Source: Actinomycetota bacterium
Lineage (GTDB): Bacteria; Actinomycetota; AC-67
Direction of reading: 5' to 3'
Assembly: GCA_036398095.1 (NCBI GenBank)
Contig: DASWHR010000127.1
Location: 1,995 to 65,994 of the forward strand
DNA: 64,000 nucleotides
A model generated the notes under the pieces. It ran no database searches and was not told the DNA's origin. It saw only the letters and a program-made list of their open reading frames with translations. Below, piece after piece: positions 27,268-36,586 of this stretch (position 1 is the stretch's first letter; the number at the start of each line of letters is the position of its first letter). A program made the translations under genes and the position numbers.

Positions 27268-27753
27268 TCACGCCAGCAACTGATCAACCAGCAGCGACTC
27301 GAGCCAGCCGAGCCATTGGTAGACGGCCGCCGCCGGCGCGTCGGGCGAGGACTCGTCGATCGGCTCTTCTTCGGCTTCTTCGGTGACGTCCAAGCGCGTG
27401 CCGAGCGCGAGGCGGGCGTCGTTGAGCGCGCCGAGCAACGCACCGGTCTCCTCGTCGTCGAGCGTCGTGGACCACAGACCCCGCCTGACCCGTCCGCGCC
27501 CGAGCGCGCGATCGAGCGTCTCCAGCGCGGCCAGCTTCGCGGCGGTCAGGTCGTCGTGGGTATAGGACGCGAACTCGGATTGCGCCTCGGTATCGTCGGG
27601 ATAGGCGACGGGAAACAGTCGCTTCAAGTGCGCGGGAGGATCGTTCATCGCAACCTGATCGCGCAGCTCGCGGAAGACGCGCGCGAGTATCTCGGCTTCC
27701 GCATCGCCCAGGCGAAGCTCCAGCCCGCCGCGCCGCCGAGCGAACGGCCCCAT
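27268..27753 (-). CDS. DUF2017 domain protein (ClpS-associated)
   Basis: Acidic 161-aa protein immediately downstream of clpS (TAATG overlap), as is usual in actinobacteria. Confidence 0.7.
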   Translation of the reverse strand: MGPFARRRGGLELRLGDAEAEILARVFRELRDQVAMNDPPAHLKRLFPVAYPDDTEAQSEFASYTHDDLTAAKLAALETLDRALGRGRVRRGLWSTTLDDEETGALLGALNDARLALGTRLDVTEEAEEEPIDESSPDAPAAAVYQWLGWLESLLVDQLLA

Positions 27754-28103
27754 TACGAGTCCCGGGACAGGGTCGCCCACAATCCGTGCGCATGCAGCCT
27801 GGCGACGTCGGCTTCGCACTTCTCGCGCGGGCCGTCCGACACGATCGCCTTGCCTTCGTTGTGAACCTGCAGCATCAGCTTGGTTGCCTTCTGCCGTCCG
27901 TAGCCGAACAGCTTCTGCAGGACGTAGACGACGTAGTTCATCAAGTTGATCGGATCGTTCCACACGATCACGATCCAGGGCCGGTCCGATGCGACGGCTT
28001 CGTCGGTTTCCGGCCGTTCGACTTCGACGGGCGCGGTGCGCGTGGTCACCACGGCAGTGTAGCGATCGCGCTCATCGAGGCGGCGTCTCTTCGACGGGAT
28101 CAC
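27753..28103 (-). CDS. clpS: ATP-dependent Clp protease adaptor ClpS
   Basis: Core sequence [26 protein letters not shown]...[15 protein letters not shown] start at GTG 28052 would avoid overlap with the upstream gene. Confidence 0.9.
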   Translation of the reverse strand: MIPSKRRRLDERDRYTAVVTTRTAPVEVERPETDEAVASDRPWIVIVWNDPINLMNYVVYVLQKLFGYGRQKATKLMLQVHNEGKAIVSDGPREKCEADVARLHAHGLWATLSRDS

Positions 28104-28656
28104 CGGGGATCTTCTCGGGCGCCTTCTGACCGTAGGCCTTCACGAACGCCGCGGCGGCATCCACGGCTTTCCCGGTCGGCGCGGGGCAGCGTCGCAGCAC
28201 CGTCCATGCGGTGAACGCGAGCGGCGTCGCCGGAACGAACCGGTTCGCGGCGCGCGGCGCAAGCAGGATCCATTCGGGATTCGACTTGGTCAGCGTCACG
28301 AGTCCGTCGAGCACCGCATCGTCGATCTCGCCGGGCACGTACTGGATCACGACGTGTCCGTGCTCCAAGTTGTGCACCTGGATCTCGTCGGGGATCTCTT
28401 TCCCGTAGGTTCCGGTCGCGCCCCAGATCCCTTCGTGGTCGCCCGAGACCGGCGGCAGCGTCGAATACTGGACGCGCGTTCCTTCGGTGACGTGTTTGCG
28501 CGTCCCTTCCGGAAAGCGCACGATCGCATCGCATCCGGCCGCCTCGTCGGCCGGTTGGATCTCGACGGGCGTGGCCGGTCCGCTCGGCGTGTCCCCGCCC
28601 CCGCACGCGGCGAGCACCAGCGAGCCCACCAACGAAACGATCGCCGCGCGCCTCAT
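28072..28656 (-). CDS. DUF3105 family lipoprotein
   Basis: Lipobox LVLAAC after [12 protein letters not shown]. Conserved SGDH and [11 protein letters not shown] motifs. The start overlaps the upstream stop (ATGA). Confidence 0.75.
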   Translation of the reverse strand: MRRAAIVSLVGSLVLAACGGGDTPSGPATPVEIQPADEAAGCDAIVRFPEGTRKHVTEGTRVQYSTLPPVSGDHEGIWGATGTYGKEIPDEIQVHNLEHGHVVIQYVPGEIDDAVLDGLVTLTKSNPEWILLAPRAANRFVPATPLAFTAWTVLRRCPAPTGKAVDAAAAFVKAYGQKAPEKIPGDPVEETPPR

Positions 28657-30287
28657 ACCGGCAACACCCCGTGCTTGCGCCACGGCCGCTCAATTCGCTT
28701 GGTCGCCGCGCGCTCCAGGCCGCGCGCGATCACGCGACGCGTATCGGCCGGATCGATCAGGTCGTCGACGAAGGACCATCCGGCCGCAACGTACGGGCTG
28801 ATCTGCTGACGGACCGCGTCGATCATCGCGGCGCGCTGGGCGTCGCGCTGATCTTCGGGGATCTTCTCCAGGATCGAACGGCCGATGATGTTCACCGCTC
28901 CTTCGGGCCCCATGACGCTGATCTCGGCGGCCGGCCAGCCCACGATCAGGTCGGGCTCGTAGGCGCGGCCGTTCATGACGTAGTAGCCGGCTCCGTAGCC
29001 CTTGCGGACGACCACCGTCACCTTCGGCACCGTCGCTTCGCTCACGGCGAAGAGCATCTTGGAGCCGTGCCGGATGATGCCTTGCTTTTCGACGGCGCTG
29101 CCGACCAGAAACCCGGGGCAGTCCATCAGGAACACCAGCGGGATGTGGTAGGCGTCGCAGAGCCAGACGAACCGCGCGGCCTTGTCGGCGGCGTTCACGT
29201 CGATCGCACCGCCGAGGAACATCGGCTGATTCGCCACGATCCCGACCGGTCGTCCGCCGAAGCGCGCGAAGCCGGTAATCATCGAGCGCGCCCAGTCGGG
29301 CTTCATCGGAAGGAACGATCCTTCGTCGGAGATCGAGCGGATCACCTTGCGCATGTCGTAGGCCTGACGCGGGTTCGCCGGCACGATGTCGTAGAGGTCT
29401 TCGCATCGGCGATCGACCGGATCGTCGGTGGGAATCACCGGCGAGCGCTCGAGGTTCGACGACGGCATGTACGACAGGTAGCGCCGCACCGCGTCCAAGC
29501 ACTCCTTGTCGTCGGCGACTTCGAGGTCGGCGACGCCCGACACCTTGCAGTGAACCTGCGAGCCGCCCATCTCCTGCTCGGTGACGATCTCCCCGACGGC
29601 GGCCTTCACCAGATGCGGGCCGCCGAGCGCCATCGACGACACGCCTTTGACCATCGGGACGAAGTCGGCGAGTCCGGGGATATAGGCCGTGCCGGCGGCG
29701 CCCGGACCCATCATCGCCGCGATCTGCGGGATCACCCCGCTCATGACTACCTGCTCGCGGAACAGCTCGCCGGTGCGTGCGAACGCCGATCCGGCCGCTT
29801 CCTGAATGCGCGCGCCGGCCGAGTCGATCAGCCACACGATCGGCATCCGCTCGCGCAGCGCCAGCTCGCGCATGCGAGCGGCCTTGAATTCGCCGACCAT
29901 GCCCATCGAGCCCGCCATCACCGTGAAGTCGTAGGCGATCACCGCGGTCTTGCGACCGTCGATCGTGCCGACGCCGCACACGACGCCGTCGGCCGGCGTG
30001 AACTTGCCTTGCATCTGCGGCGAGGACGACTGGTGATGACCCAGCAGCCCGAACTCTTCGAACGAGCCGTCGTCGAACAGGAAATCCAATCGCTCGCGAA
30101 CGGTCATCTTGCCGAGTGAATGCTGGCGCGCGATCTTGTCGGTCCCGCCCATCGCGCGATGCTTCTCTTTGCGCTCGTGCAATTCGGCGGTGTAGCCGCG
30201 CATGTCGGGGCCTTGGTAGGTCAGCGTGGGCATCTCGCGCGCTTCGGGCGCGGACGCGTCACCCGCCGCCGGGGTGTCGTCGCTCAT
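28653..30287 (-). CDS. acyl-CoA carboxylase carboxyltransferase (beta) subunit
   Basis: Two crotonase-like CT halves with the motifs AYDFTVMAGSMG and ANQPMFLGGAID. SD GGAAGGGA lies upstream of ATG 30287. Confidence 0.9.
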   Translation of the reverse strand: MSDDTPAAGDASAPEAREMPTLTYQGPDMRGYTAELHERKEKHRAMGGTDKIARQHSLGKMTVRERLDFLFDDGSFEEFGLLGHHQSSSPQMQGKFTPADGVVCGVGTIDGRKTAVIAYDFTVMAGSMGMVGEFKAARMRELALRERMPIVWLIDSAGARIQEAAGSAFARTGELFREQVVMSGVIPQIAAMMGPGAAGTAYIPGLADFVPMVKGVSSMALGGPHLVKAAVGEIVTEQEMGGSQVHCKVSGVADLEVADDKECLDAVRRYLSYMPSSNLERSPVIPTDDPVDRRCEDLYDIVPANPRQAYDMRKVIRSISDEGSFLPMKPDWARSMITGFARFGGRPVGIVANQPMFLGGAIDVNAADKAARFVWLCDAYHIPLVFLMDCPGFLVGSAVEKQGIIRHGSKMLFAVSEATVPKVTVVVRKGYGAGYYVMNGRAYEPDLIVGWPAAEISVMGPEGAVNIIGRSILEKIPEDQRDAQRAAMIDAVRQQISPYVAAGWSFVDDLIDPADTRRVIARGLERAATKRIERPWRKHGVLPV

Positions 30288-30374
30288 CGTTCTCCCTTCC
30301 GGGGGCTCGTCGCCGGGGTCGTGTCCCCGAAGTCTGCCGGAGCCCGCCTGGGTTGGCGCCACTGTACGCGCCGG

Positions 30375-31160
30375 TCAGCGTCCCTTCCAGACGGGGTCGC
30401 GCTTTTGAAAGAATGCCGTGACGCCTTCGACGACGTCTTCGGTTTCCAGGCAAAGACCGAGCATCGCGTGCAAGTACTCGAGCCCGTCCCGCACGCTCAT
30501 GTCTTCGCTCGCGTAGAACGAGTCCTTGCCGAGCCGCATCACGATCGGCGATCGCGCAGCGAGCGTCGCGCACATCGTCGCGACGGCCGCGTCCAGCTCG
30601 CCGGCCCCGACGACCACGTTCACCGCGCCGATCCGCTGTGCCTCGGCCGCGTCGATCCGCGCGCCGGTCATCATCAGCTCGAGCGCCTTGCCCGGCGGGA
30701 TCTTGCGCGTGACCGTGGCCGTGATGATGAACGGCCACAAGCCCATGGTGATCTCGGGCATGCCGAAGGACGCATCGGAGGATGCGATGACGATGTCGCA
30801 GGCGCACATCAGGCCGAAGCCGCCGGCGAGCGCGTGGCCCTGCACGCGTGCCACCACCGGCTTGCCCAGACGGCGCATGTCCTCGATCAGCCGGCCGAGA
30901 TCGCCGCGCAGCAGATGCTGCTCGACCTTGGATTGATCCGCGGTGAAGCCTCCCAGGTCGCCGCCGGCGCTGAACGCCTTATCGCCTTCGCCGGTGAGCA
31001 CCACGACGCGCACCGCCACATCGGCGCGGGCGATCGAAAAGGCCTCGCGCAGTTCGCGCATGACCTCGACGCTGAGCGCGTTGCGCTTGTCGGGCCGGTT
31101 GATCGCGATGCGCGCCACCGGACCGTCGATCGAATACGAAACCGTCGCGAACTCGGCCAT
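30375..31160 (-). CDS. enoyl-CoA hydratase/isomerase family protein
   Basis: Crotonase motifs INRPDKRNAL, FSAGGDL and GHALAGGFGL. Confidence 0.9.
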   Translation of the reverse strand: MAEFATVSYSIDGPVARIAINRPDKRNALSVEVMRELREAFSIARADVAVRVVVLTGEGDKAFSAGGDLGGFTADQSKVEQHLLRGDLGRLIEDMRRLGKPVVARVQGHALAGGFGLMCACDIVIASSDASFGMPEITMGLWPFIITATVTRKIPPGKALELMMTGARIDAAEAQRIGAVNVVVGAGELDAAVATMCATLAARSPIVMRLGKDSFYASEDMSVRDGLEYLHAMLGLCLETEDVVEGVTAFFQKRDPVWKGR

Positions 31161-31229
31161 CGTCCTCCTTCAGCGGACCGCGAGCCGCCGGTCGCCGGCG
31201 GTCGTGGTGCGTGCGATGATGGTACTTCA

Positions 31230-31781
31230 GTGATCGTCCTTCTGATCGTCCTGGTTGCCGGCATCGTCGTCGGCCGCGCGCGCGGCGGATCGCTGCGACG
31301 GCTCGGCGAGGCGCGGCTTCGGATGACCCCGGTGATCTTCGTCGGCGTGGCGATGCAAGGGACCGCGGCCTACGTCGGCAGCCGCCCGGCCGCCACGACA
31401 CTCGCGTTGATCTCGCACACCGCGGTGTTCGTCTTCGCCGGCGCGAACGCCAAGCGGCCCGGCATGGCGCTGCTGGCGCTCGGCGCGCTGATGAACTTCG
31501 TCGTCGTCGGCGCGAACGGCGCGATGCCGGTCTCGCTCGATGCGATGGCACGCGCGGGAATCGGATCGCCGGCCGTGGGTTTGCCCGACCTCGGCGGCCT
31601 CCACGAGATCATGACGCCGGCAACGCGGCTGCGGTTCCTGGCCGACGTGATCCCAATCCGAGCGGCGCGACATGTGGTCTCGCCGGGCGATCTGACGCTG
31701 TGGGCCGGGCTGGTGCTCGCCGTCCAAGGCCTGATGGTCGCGCGCGGACACCGAACCCCGGCCGGCCACGCGCCCGCCTAG
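31230..31781 (+). CDS. DUF5317-like integral membrane protein
   Basis: GTG start, then VIVLLIVLVAGIVVGRARGGSLRRL. Several TM segments and a C-terminal IPIRAARHVVSPGD motif. Confidence 0.6.
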   Translation: MIVLLIVLVAGIVVGRARGGSLRRLGEARLRMTPVIFVGVAMQGTAAYVGSRPAATTLALISHTAVFVFAGANAKRPGMALLALGALMNFVVVGANGAMPVSLDAMARAGIGSPAVGLPDLGGLHEIMTPATRLRFLADVIPIRAARHVVSPGDLTLWAGLVLAVQGLMVARGHRTPAGHAPA

Positions 31782-31873
31782 GGAAAATTTCTGCGTTTCC
31801 TTCCGCGCTCGTTGCTCGTTGCACCCTGGTACGGGACCGCCGGGCGGCGGTCCTCGAGGCCACGAGGGTCCCG

Positions 31874-32203
31874 ATGTCTCATCCGGCACCGGGGGGGAGC
31901 CCGCCTCGATCCACCGAGCGCAGCGAAGACGCGCTCGAGGTTCGCTCGGCCGACGGCGTCGCCATAACGATCCGATCGCGCGCTCGCATCCGCGCGCACG
32001 ATCCGTCGTTCACGCGCCGGCAGACCGAGATCCTCGGGCTCGTCGGCGACGGCTTGTCCAACACCGAGATCGCCGAGGCCCTGTGCATCAGCCGGCGCAC
32101 CGTCGAAAAGCACGTCGAGTCGATCCACATGAAGGCGGGCACCGGCACGCGTGCGCGGCTCGTCGCGTTCGCGAGGATCCATTCGCGCATCGACGAGCGG
32201 TGA
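31874..32203 (+). CDS. LuxR-type HTH transcriptional regulator (109 aa)
   Basis: HTH sequence TRRQTEILGLVGDGLSNTEIAEALCISRRTVEKHVESIHMK. Confidence 0.8.
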   Translation: MSHPAPGGSPPRSTERSEDALEVRSADGVAITIRSRARIRAHDPSFTRRQTEILGLVGDGLSNTEIAEALCISRRTVEKHVESIHMKAGTGTRARLVAFARIHSRIDER

Positions 32204-32292
32204 ATTACGTACTTCTCCCCTGCCGCATCCGGTGCGCGCATCGCACAATGCGCGACATGCCCCGAACGATCGAAGCGGCCGGACGGCCGGAG

Positions 32293-32994
32293 CTACGCGC
32301 CGACGAAGCGGTTGAGCGCGGACAGGGTCGCGCGGGCTATCGCGTCGCCCGGATCACGGCGCATCACGGCCGAACCCGACACGACGTGATCGCCGCGGCC
32401 GGTGATCACGCGAAGCACGACCAATGCGACTTGATGCGATCCGGCGGGAACCACGATCGCCGCCTCGACCTCGACGGCTTCGGCGCGCAAGGCCTCGGCG
32501 ACCGCATCGACCGTCGCTTCGGCCACCAGTCGGAGCCCGGCGGTCGCCGGGCCGCGCGTCGTCCGGTCGATCTCGGTGCCCTCCAGCGCCAAACCCACCT
32601 TGATCTCGGTGGAAAACGACGCGGTTTCGGCCGACAGGCGGCGCAGCACCGGACGAGCCGATCCGGCAACGGCGGCGACGGGCTCGGGCTCGGGCTCGCG
32701 CTCCAACTGAACCACGCTCACGACGCGATAGTCGATGGTGATCCCGAAGCGTGTCAGCACGGCGCTCTGGATGTCGCGGACGAGTTGCTTGGGGGCGCGG
32801 CCGGGCGCGGCCAGCACGTGCACCTCGGCGATGCGGCCGTCTTCACCGCCGACGACTCGCGCGGCACGCACGCCGGCGATGTCCGCCAGGCCGCGTTCGA
32901 TCTCGGCCGGCGTCGGGCGGCGCGCGCCGCCGTCCGGCGCGTCGTCCGATGCGACCGGAGTGCCCCCGCCGGGCGATCCGTTTTCCCACGACAT
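32293..32994 (-). CDS. hypothetical protein, divergent from bldC
   Basis: High-GC3 ORF beginning at ATG 32994 (MSWENGSPGG). No motif recognised. Confidence 0.55.
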   Translation of the reverse strand: MSWENGSPGGGTPVASDDAPDGGARRPTPAEIERGLADIAGVRAARVVGGEDGRIAEVHVLAAPGRAPKQLVRDIQSAVLTRFGITIDYRVVSVVQLEREPEPEPVAAVAGSARPVLRRLSAETASFSTEIKVGLALEGTEIDRTTRGPATAGLRLVAEATVDAVAEALRAEAVEVEAAIVVPAGSHQVALVVLRVITGRGDHVVSGSAVMRRDPGDAIARATLSALNRFVGA

Positions 32995-33131
32995 CGTGGT
33001 CCCTCCGATGCCGGATCGAATGCGTCCGGCGCGATGGCTCACTCTATTCGGTCCTCGCCTCGGCTCCCGGGAGCGAGGACGGAACGCGCACCGACCTCGA
33101 ACCGCACGTCGAAACGAAAGGAGCGAAGCCA

Positions 33132-33335
33132 ATGGCTCACGATCGATTCCTCAGAACCTCCGAGGTTGCCCTGATGCTTCAGGTCTCGCCGAAGACCGTC
33201 TCTCGCTGGGCGAAGGAGGGCCGCCTCCCCTACATGGCCACCCTGGGCGGTCACCGCCGCTTCCCCAAGAGCGAGATCGAGCGCCTGACCGAAGACCTGA
33301 ACCGCTCGGCCCAGGACGTCCTCGCCCGGGCATAA
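33132..33335 (+). CDS. bldC: BldC family MerR-like DNA-binding protein
   Basis: 67 aa: MAHDRFLRTSEVALMLQVSPKTVSRWAKEGRLPYMATLGGHRRFP. AAAGGAG lies upstream. Confidence 0.85.
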   Translation: MAHDRFLRTSEVALMLQVSPKTVSRWAKEGRLPYMATLGGHRRFPKSEIERLTEDLNRSAQDVLARA

Positions 33336-33349
33336 GACGCTGCCAACGC

Positions 33350-33374
33350 GGGCCGGCCCGGAGGCGGCCGGCCC
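33350..33374 (+). terminator. intrinsic terminator after bldC
   Basis: GGGCCGGCC / GGCCGGCCC 9-bp stem with a 7-nt loop, followed by GTTTCG. Confidence 0.6.
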
Positions 33375-33808
33375 GTTTCGTCGCACAAAAACCCGAACCG
33401 GGAAAATACATCCCTGTAATTCCGGATAAGGCGAAACAAACCCCAAAACTCGTCGTTTTCCACAGAGAGTATTGACCGGACCGCCCCGTAGAAGGTACAA
33501 AGCATCGCTCGTCCAATTTGGACACGTGCTCCCCCCGGCACGGCCGCGCAGGTTATTCGGCCGTATCGGGGGTCCGGTTTTTTCGGGTCCGAAAGGCGAG
33601 CGTCGTTTGGGGATGGGACGCGCGGATCATCCGCCGCCTCATGTTGGGGGCGCTTCGGCGCAAATTGAAAATCGCATAGGGCGTTGGGGCCGGCAGGGCC
33701 CGACGGTGTCGCCACTCGAGCGGAGCGGACGGACTTCCCGCGCAGCAGCACAGCGGAAGCGGGAAGGGTCGCAACATCGAACTCTACCGTCCGAATGGGG
33801 GGCGACCC

Positions 33809-33913
33809 ATGAAGAAGCGAATTCTCGGCATTCTGGCCACGCTCGCAACCGTGTTCCTGGCTTCGGGAGCGAACGCGTCGTGGCTGAACGCAAGTTGGCT
33901 GAGCGGCAAGTAG
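33809..33913 (+). CDS. unlisted 34-aa ORF encoding a signal peptide plus an 11-aa tail (MKKRILGILATLATVFLASGANASWLNASWLSGK)
   Basis: Hand translated. The n-h-c signal peptide is canonical and has an ANA cleavage motif. A G-rich SD-like run lies upstream. A small hairpin (33938-33954) follows. The ORF ends 87 nt upstream of the first HD-GYP gene. Confidence 0.4.
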   Translation: MKKRILGILATLATVFLASGANASWLNASWLSGK

Positions 33914-33999
33914 AAACACCACACCACCCGTTGCAACCCGGCGGGTCCTGCCGGCTTCATTGCCCTAGCGAACCCTGATGTGGGAGGAGCAGCGGAGCG

Positions 34000-35340
34000 A
34001 TGAGGCTTAGTTGGGCGGCCCGTGCGTACATCGCGGTGGTCGTCGTATCGGCAAGTGCCGTCTTGATGGCAGCCTTGACGTCCGGGTCGTCGATCCCGAT
34101 CGGCCACACGATTCTTCTGGCGAGCCTGTTCCTGCTGGCCGAGGCGTTTCCCGTCGCACTGCCGCGCGGCGCCGCCTACTCGGTTTCCTTCGTCGTCACG
34201 CTCGCCGCGATGATCACGCACGGCCCGGCCGTCGCGGTGATCGCCGCGGGCGCGGGCGCTTTCAACCTTCGCGGCATTCGCCGCCATCCCGCTCCCATCG
34301 CAAGCCGCATCTTCAACGGCGCGAACTTCATGATCTGCACCGGGATGGCCGCGCTCGCCTATCGCGCGACCGGCGGACCGATCGGACCGGAGCTGCTCAC
34401 CTCGCCGATCGCCGGCGGGCTGCTGCCGGTCCTGGTCGCGACCGGCGTGAATTTCGTCGCCAACACCGCGATCGTCGCGGTGATGCTCTACTTCGCGACG
34501 CCGCAGTCGCGTTTCCGGAACAGCCCCTGGGCGATCTGGCGCAGCGAGTTCACCTCGCTGCTGCCCGGCTATTTCTCGTTCGCGTTCCTGGGACTGCTCC
34601 TGGCCGTGCTCTATATGGAGGTCCACGCGGCTGCGGTCCTGTTCGTGCTCGTCCCGCTGCTGGTCGCTCGCCGCGCGTTCGCCGCGGCCGTGCGCGCGCA
34701 ACTCGCCTACGAATCCACGGTGGAAAGCCTGGTCACCGCGATCGAGGCGAAAGACCGCTACACCCGCGATCACGCGGGGCGCGTCGCGCGACTGACCGAT
34801 ATCGTCGCGCACGAGCACGGCGTCCGCGGCGAGCAACTCCGGACCTTCCGCCTGGCGGCGCTGATGCACGATGTGGGAAAGCTCGGGGTTCCCACCGCCG
34901 TGCTGGCCAAGCCGGGCAAACTCACGGCCGACGAGTACGACGCCATGAAGAACCATCCGGTCCGCGGCCATGAGATCGTCGCCGAAATCGACCTGCTCCA
35001 GGATGCCCTGGCGGGAATCCGCCACCATCACGAGCGGATGGACGGCTCGGGCTACCCGGACGGGCTGTCGGGCGACCAGATCCCGCTCGTCGCTCGAATC
35101 ATTATGGTTTGCGATGCTTTCGACTCGATGACCTCAACACGAGCCTATCGGAAGCCGATGACCATGAGCGAGGCATTGAGCGAGTTGCGTCGGTGCGCCG
35201 CAAGCCAGTTCGATCCCGCGGCCATAGACGCGCTCGAAACGGCGCTCGCCAAGCATCCGTGGCGAGCCGAACCCGAGATCGAGCGTCTGCGACGAGTCGA
35301 AGAAACGAAGGAAAGGAAGAACGATGCAGCGGCCGTCTGA
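34000..35340 (+). CDS. membrane-bound HD-GYP domain protein (c-di-GMP phosphodiesterase type)
   Basis: The N-terminus is multi-TM. Catalytic motifs HDVGKLGVP and HHERMDGSGYPDGL are present. Confidence 0.9.
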   Translation: MRLSWAARAYIAVVVVSASAVLMAALTSGSSIPIGHTILLASLFLLAEAFPVALPRGAAYSVSFVVTLAAMITHGPAVAVIAAGAGAFNLRGIRRHPAPIASRIFNGANFMICTGMAALAYRATGGPIGPELLTSPIAGGLLPVLVATGVNFVANTAIVAVMLYFATPQSRFRNSPWAIWRSEFTSLLPGYFSFAFLGLLLAVLYMEVHAAAVLFVLVPLLVARRAFAAAVRAQLAYESTVESLVTAIEAKDRYTRDHAGRVARLTDIVAHEHGVRGEQLRTFRLAALMHDVGKLGVPTAVLAKPGKLTADEYDAMKNHPVRGHEIVAEIDLLQDALAGIRHHHERMDGSGYPDGLSGDQIPLVARIIMVCDAFDSMTSTRAYRKPMTMSEALSELRRCAASQFDPAAIDALETALAKHPWRAEPEIERLRRVEETKERKNDAAAV

Positions 35341-36586
35341 CCCGGCAACCTGGGGCGATCGAGCGCTCGCAGCCGTCGCCGCGATCGTCGCGGCCACGCT
35401 CGTGCCGTTCGCCGGCGTGAACGGACTCGGCGATGCGCTCCTGACCTTCGGCGCCTTCGTTCTTCTCACCGAATTGCTCGACACGGAACTTCCCAGCGGC
35501 AAGCGGCTTCGCCTGTCGCTCGCGCCCGGCCTGGCATTCGCGATGCTCGAAGGCACGCCGGCCGGATCCGCCTCCCCCGCCGTAGCGGGGCTGACCTTCC
35601 TTCTGGCGGCAAGCATCGCCGGGGGAATCCGCCTTCTGGCCAAGCGCGAAGTGCGTTTCGGCGAGATCGCCGCCTCGTTCCTGACCGTGACCGCCGCGGC
35701 CGCAGCCTACAGAGCCTTTTCCGCGACCGGGCCGCTGCATCTGGTCGGCCGCGACGGAACGCACCTGGCATCGGTGACCGGGATGGCGGCGGTCCTGGCG
35801 ATCGCACTCGCCTTCGAGCCGATCCGCCTGTGGGTAACCGGCGCCGTCGATCCCGCCGTGCGGCGCGCCGGCTCGCCGACCGCGCTGGTTCGAGCGCTGC
35901 GCTCCAACGCGGCGCTCCAGACGGCGATCGTGTCGATCGCCGCGCTTGTCGCGCTCGCGTTCCCGAAGCTGGGCGGCTGGTCCTTCCCGCTCTTCCTCGG
36001 CCCGCTTGCCGCGACGCGCTACGCGTTCCGTCAGATCACGCAGATCCGAACCACGGAGGTGCAAACGCTCCGTGCGCTTTCGAAGATCCCCGAGATGGCG
36101 GGCTACACCCAGCCCGGCCATTCGCGCCGCGTCGCCGAGCTCGCCATCGCGATGGCTGCCGAACTGGGCGCCGCCGAAGACGAGCTTCGCGAGATCGAAT
36201 ATGCGGCGCTGCTCCACGACATCGGCCGCGTCGTGCTCGAAGATCCCGAAAGCGCGGACGCGTCCTCGCTCCGCGCCGACGTCGCCGCGACCGGCGCCAG
36301 CATCGTCGCCGCCGCCGGCACGTTCCCGGACGTGGCGCGCATGATTCGCGAACAGCACCACGACTATCGCCGTCCCGGCGAGCTGATCAACGAAGAGGTT
36401 TCGCTGGGCGCGCGCATCCTTCGCGTCGCCAACACCTTCGACGACCTTTCGACCGGGCAAGGATCGACGCCGACGAAAAGCGCGTGGGAGTCGATCGAAG
36501 AGCTCCATCGCGGCGCGGCCTACGACTACGACCCGACCGTGGTGTCCGCGCTCACGCGCGTCCTCGCGCGCGACGGCGTGCTCTAG
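35324..36586 (+). CDS. membrane-bound HD domain protein, degenerate HD-GYP paralogue
   Basis: Overlaps the previous gene by 17 bp. It has LHDIGRVVLE, but the GYP position reads EQHHDYRRPGE. Confidence 0.8.
   Translation: MQRPSDPATWGDRALAAVAAIVAATLVPFAGVNGLGDALLTFGAFVLLTELLDTELPSGKRLRLSLAPGLAFAMLEGTPAGSASPAVAGLTFLLAASIAGGIRLLAKREVRFGEIAASFLTVTAAAAAYRAFSATGPLHLVGRDGTHLASVTGMAAVLAIALAFEPIRLWVTGAVDPAVRRAGSPTALVRALRSNAALQTAIVSIAALVALAFPKLGGWSFPLFLGPLAATRYAFRQITQIRTTEVQTLRALSKIPEMAGYTQPGHSRRVAELAIAMAAELGAAEDELREIEYAALLHDIGRVVLEDPESADASSLRADVAATGASIVAAAGTFPDVARMIREQHHDYRRPGELINEEVSLGARILRVANTFDDLSTGQGSTPTKSAWESIEELHRGAAYDYDPTVVSALTRVLARDGVL

Noticed and set aside
23924-27283. 1119-aa plus-strand and 699-aa minus-strand ORFs (24216..26315) overlapping the Ig-repeat gene.
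   Set aside because: These are shadow ORFs. Their translations are dominated by R/G/D/H runs without domain structure. The 23406..27263 frame has a signal peptide and periodic Ig-like modules.
33520-33545. Hairpin with a C6 loop (CGTGC-UCCCCCCG-GCACG) as a 6C sRNA.
   Set aside because: As I recall, the 6C motif needs two C-rich loops, and only one is present on this strand. It is kept only as a note inside the intergenic-region finding.
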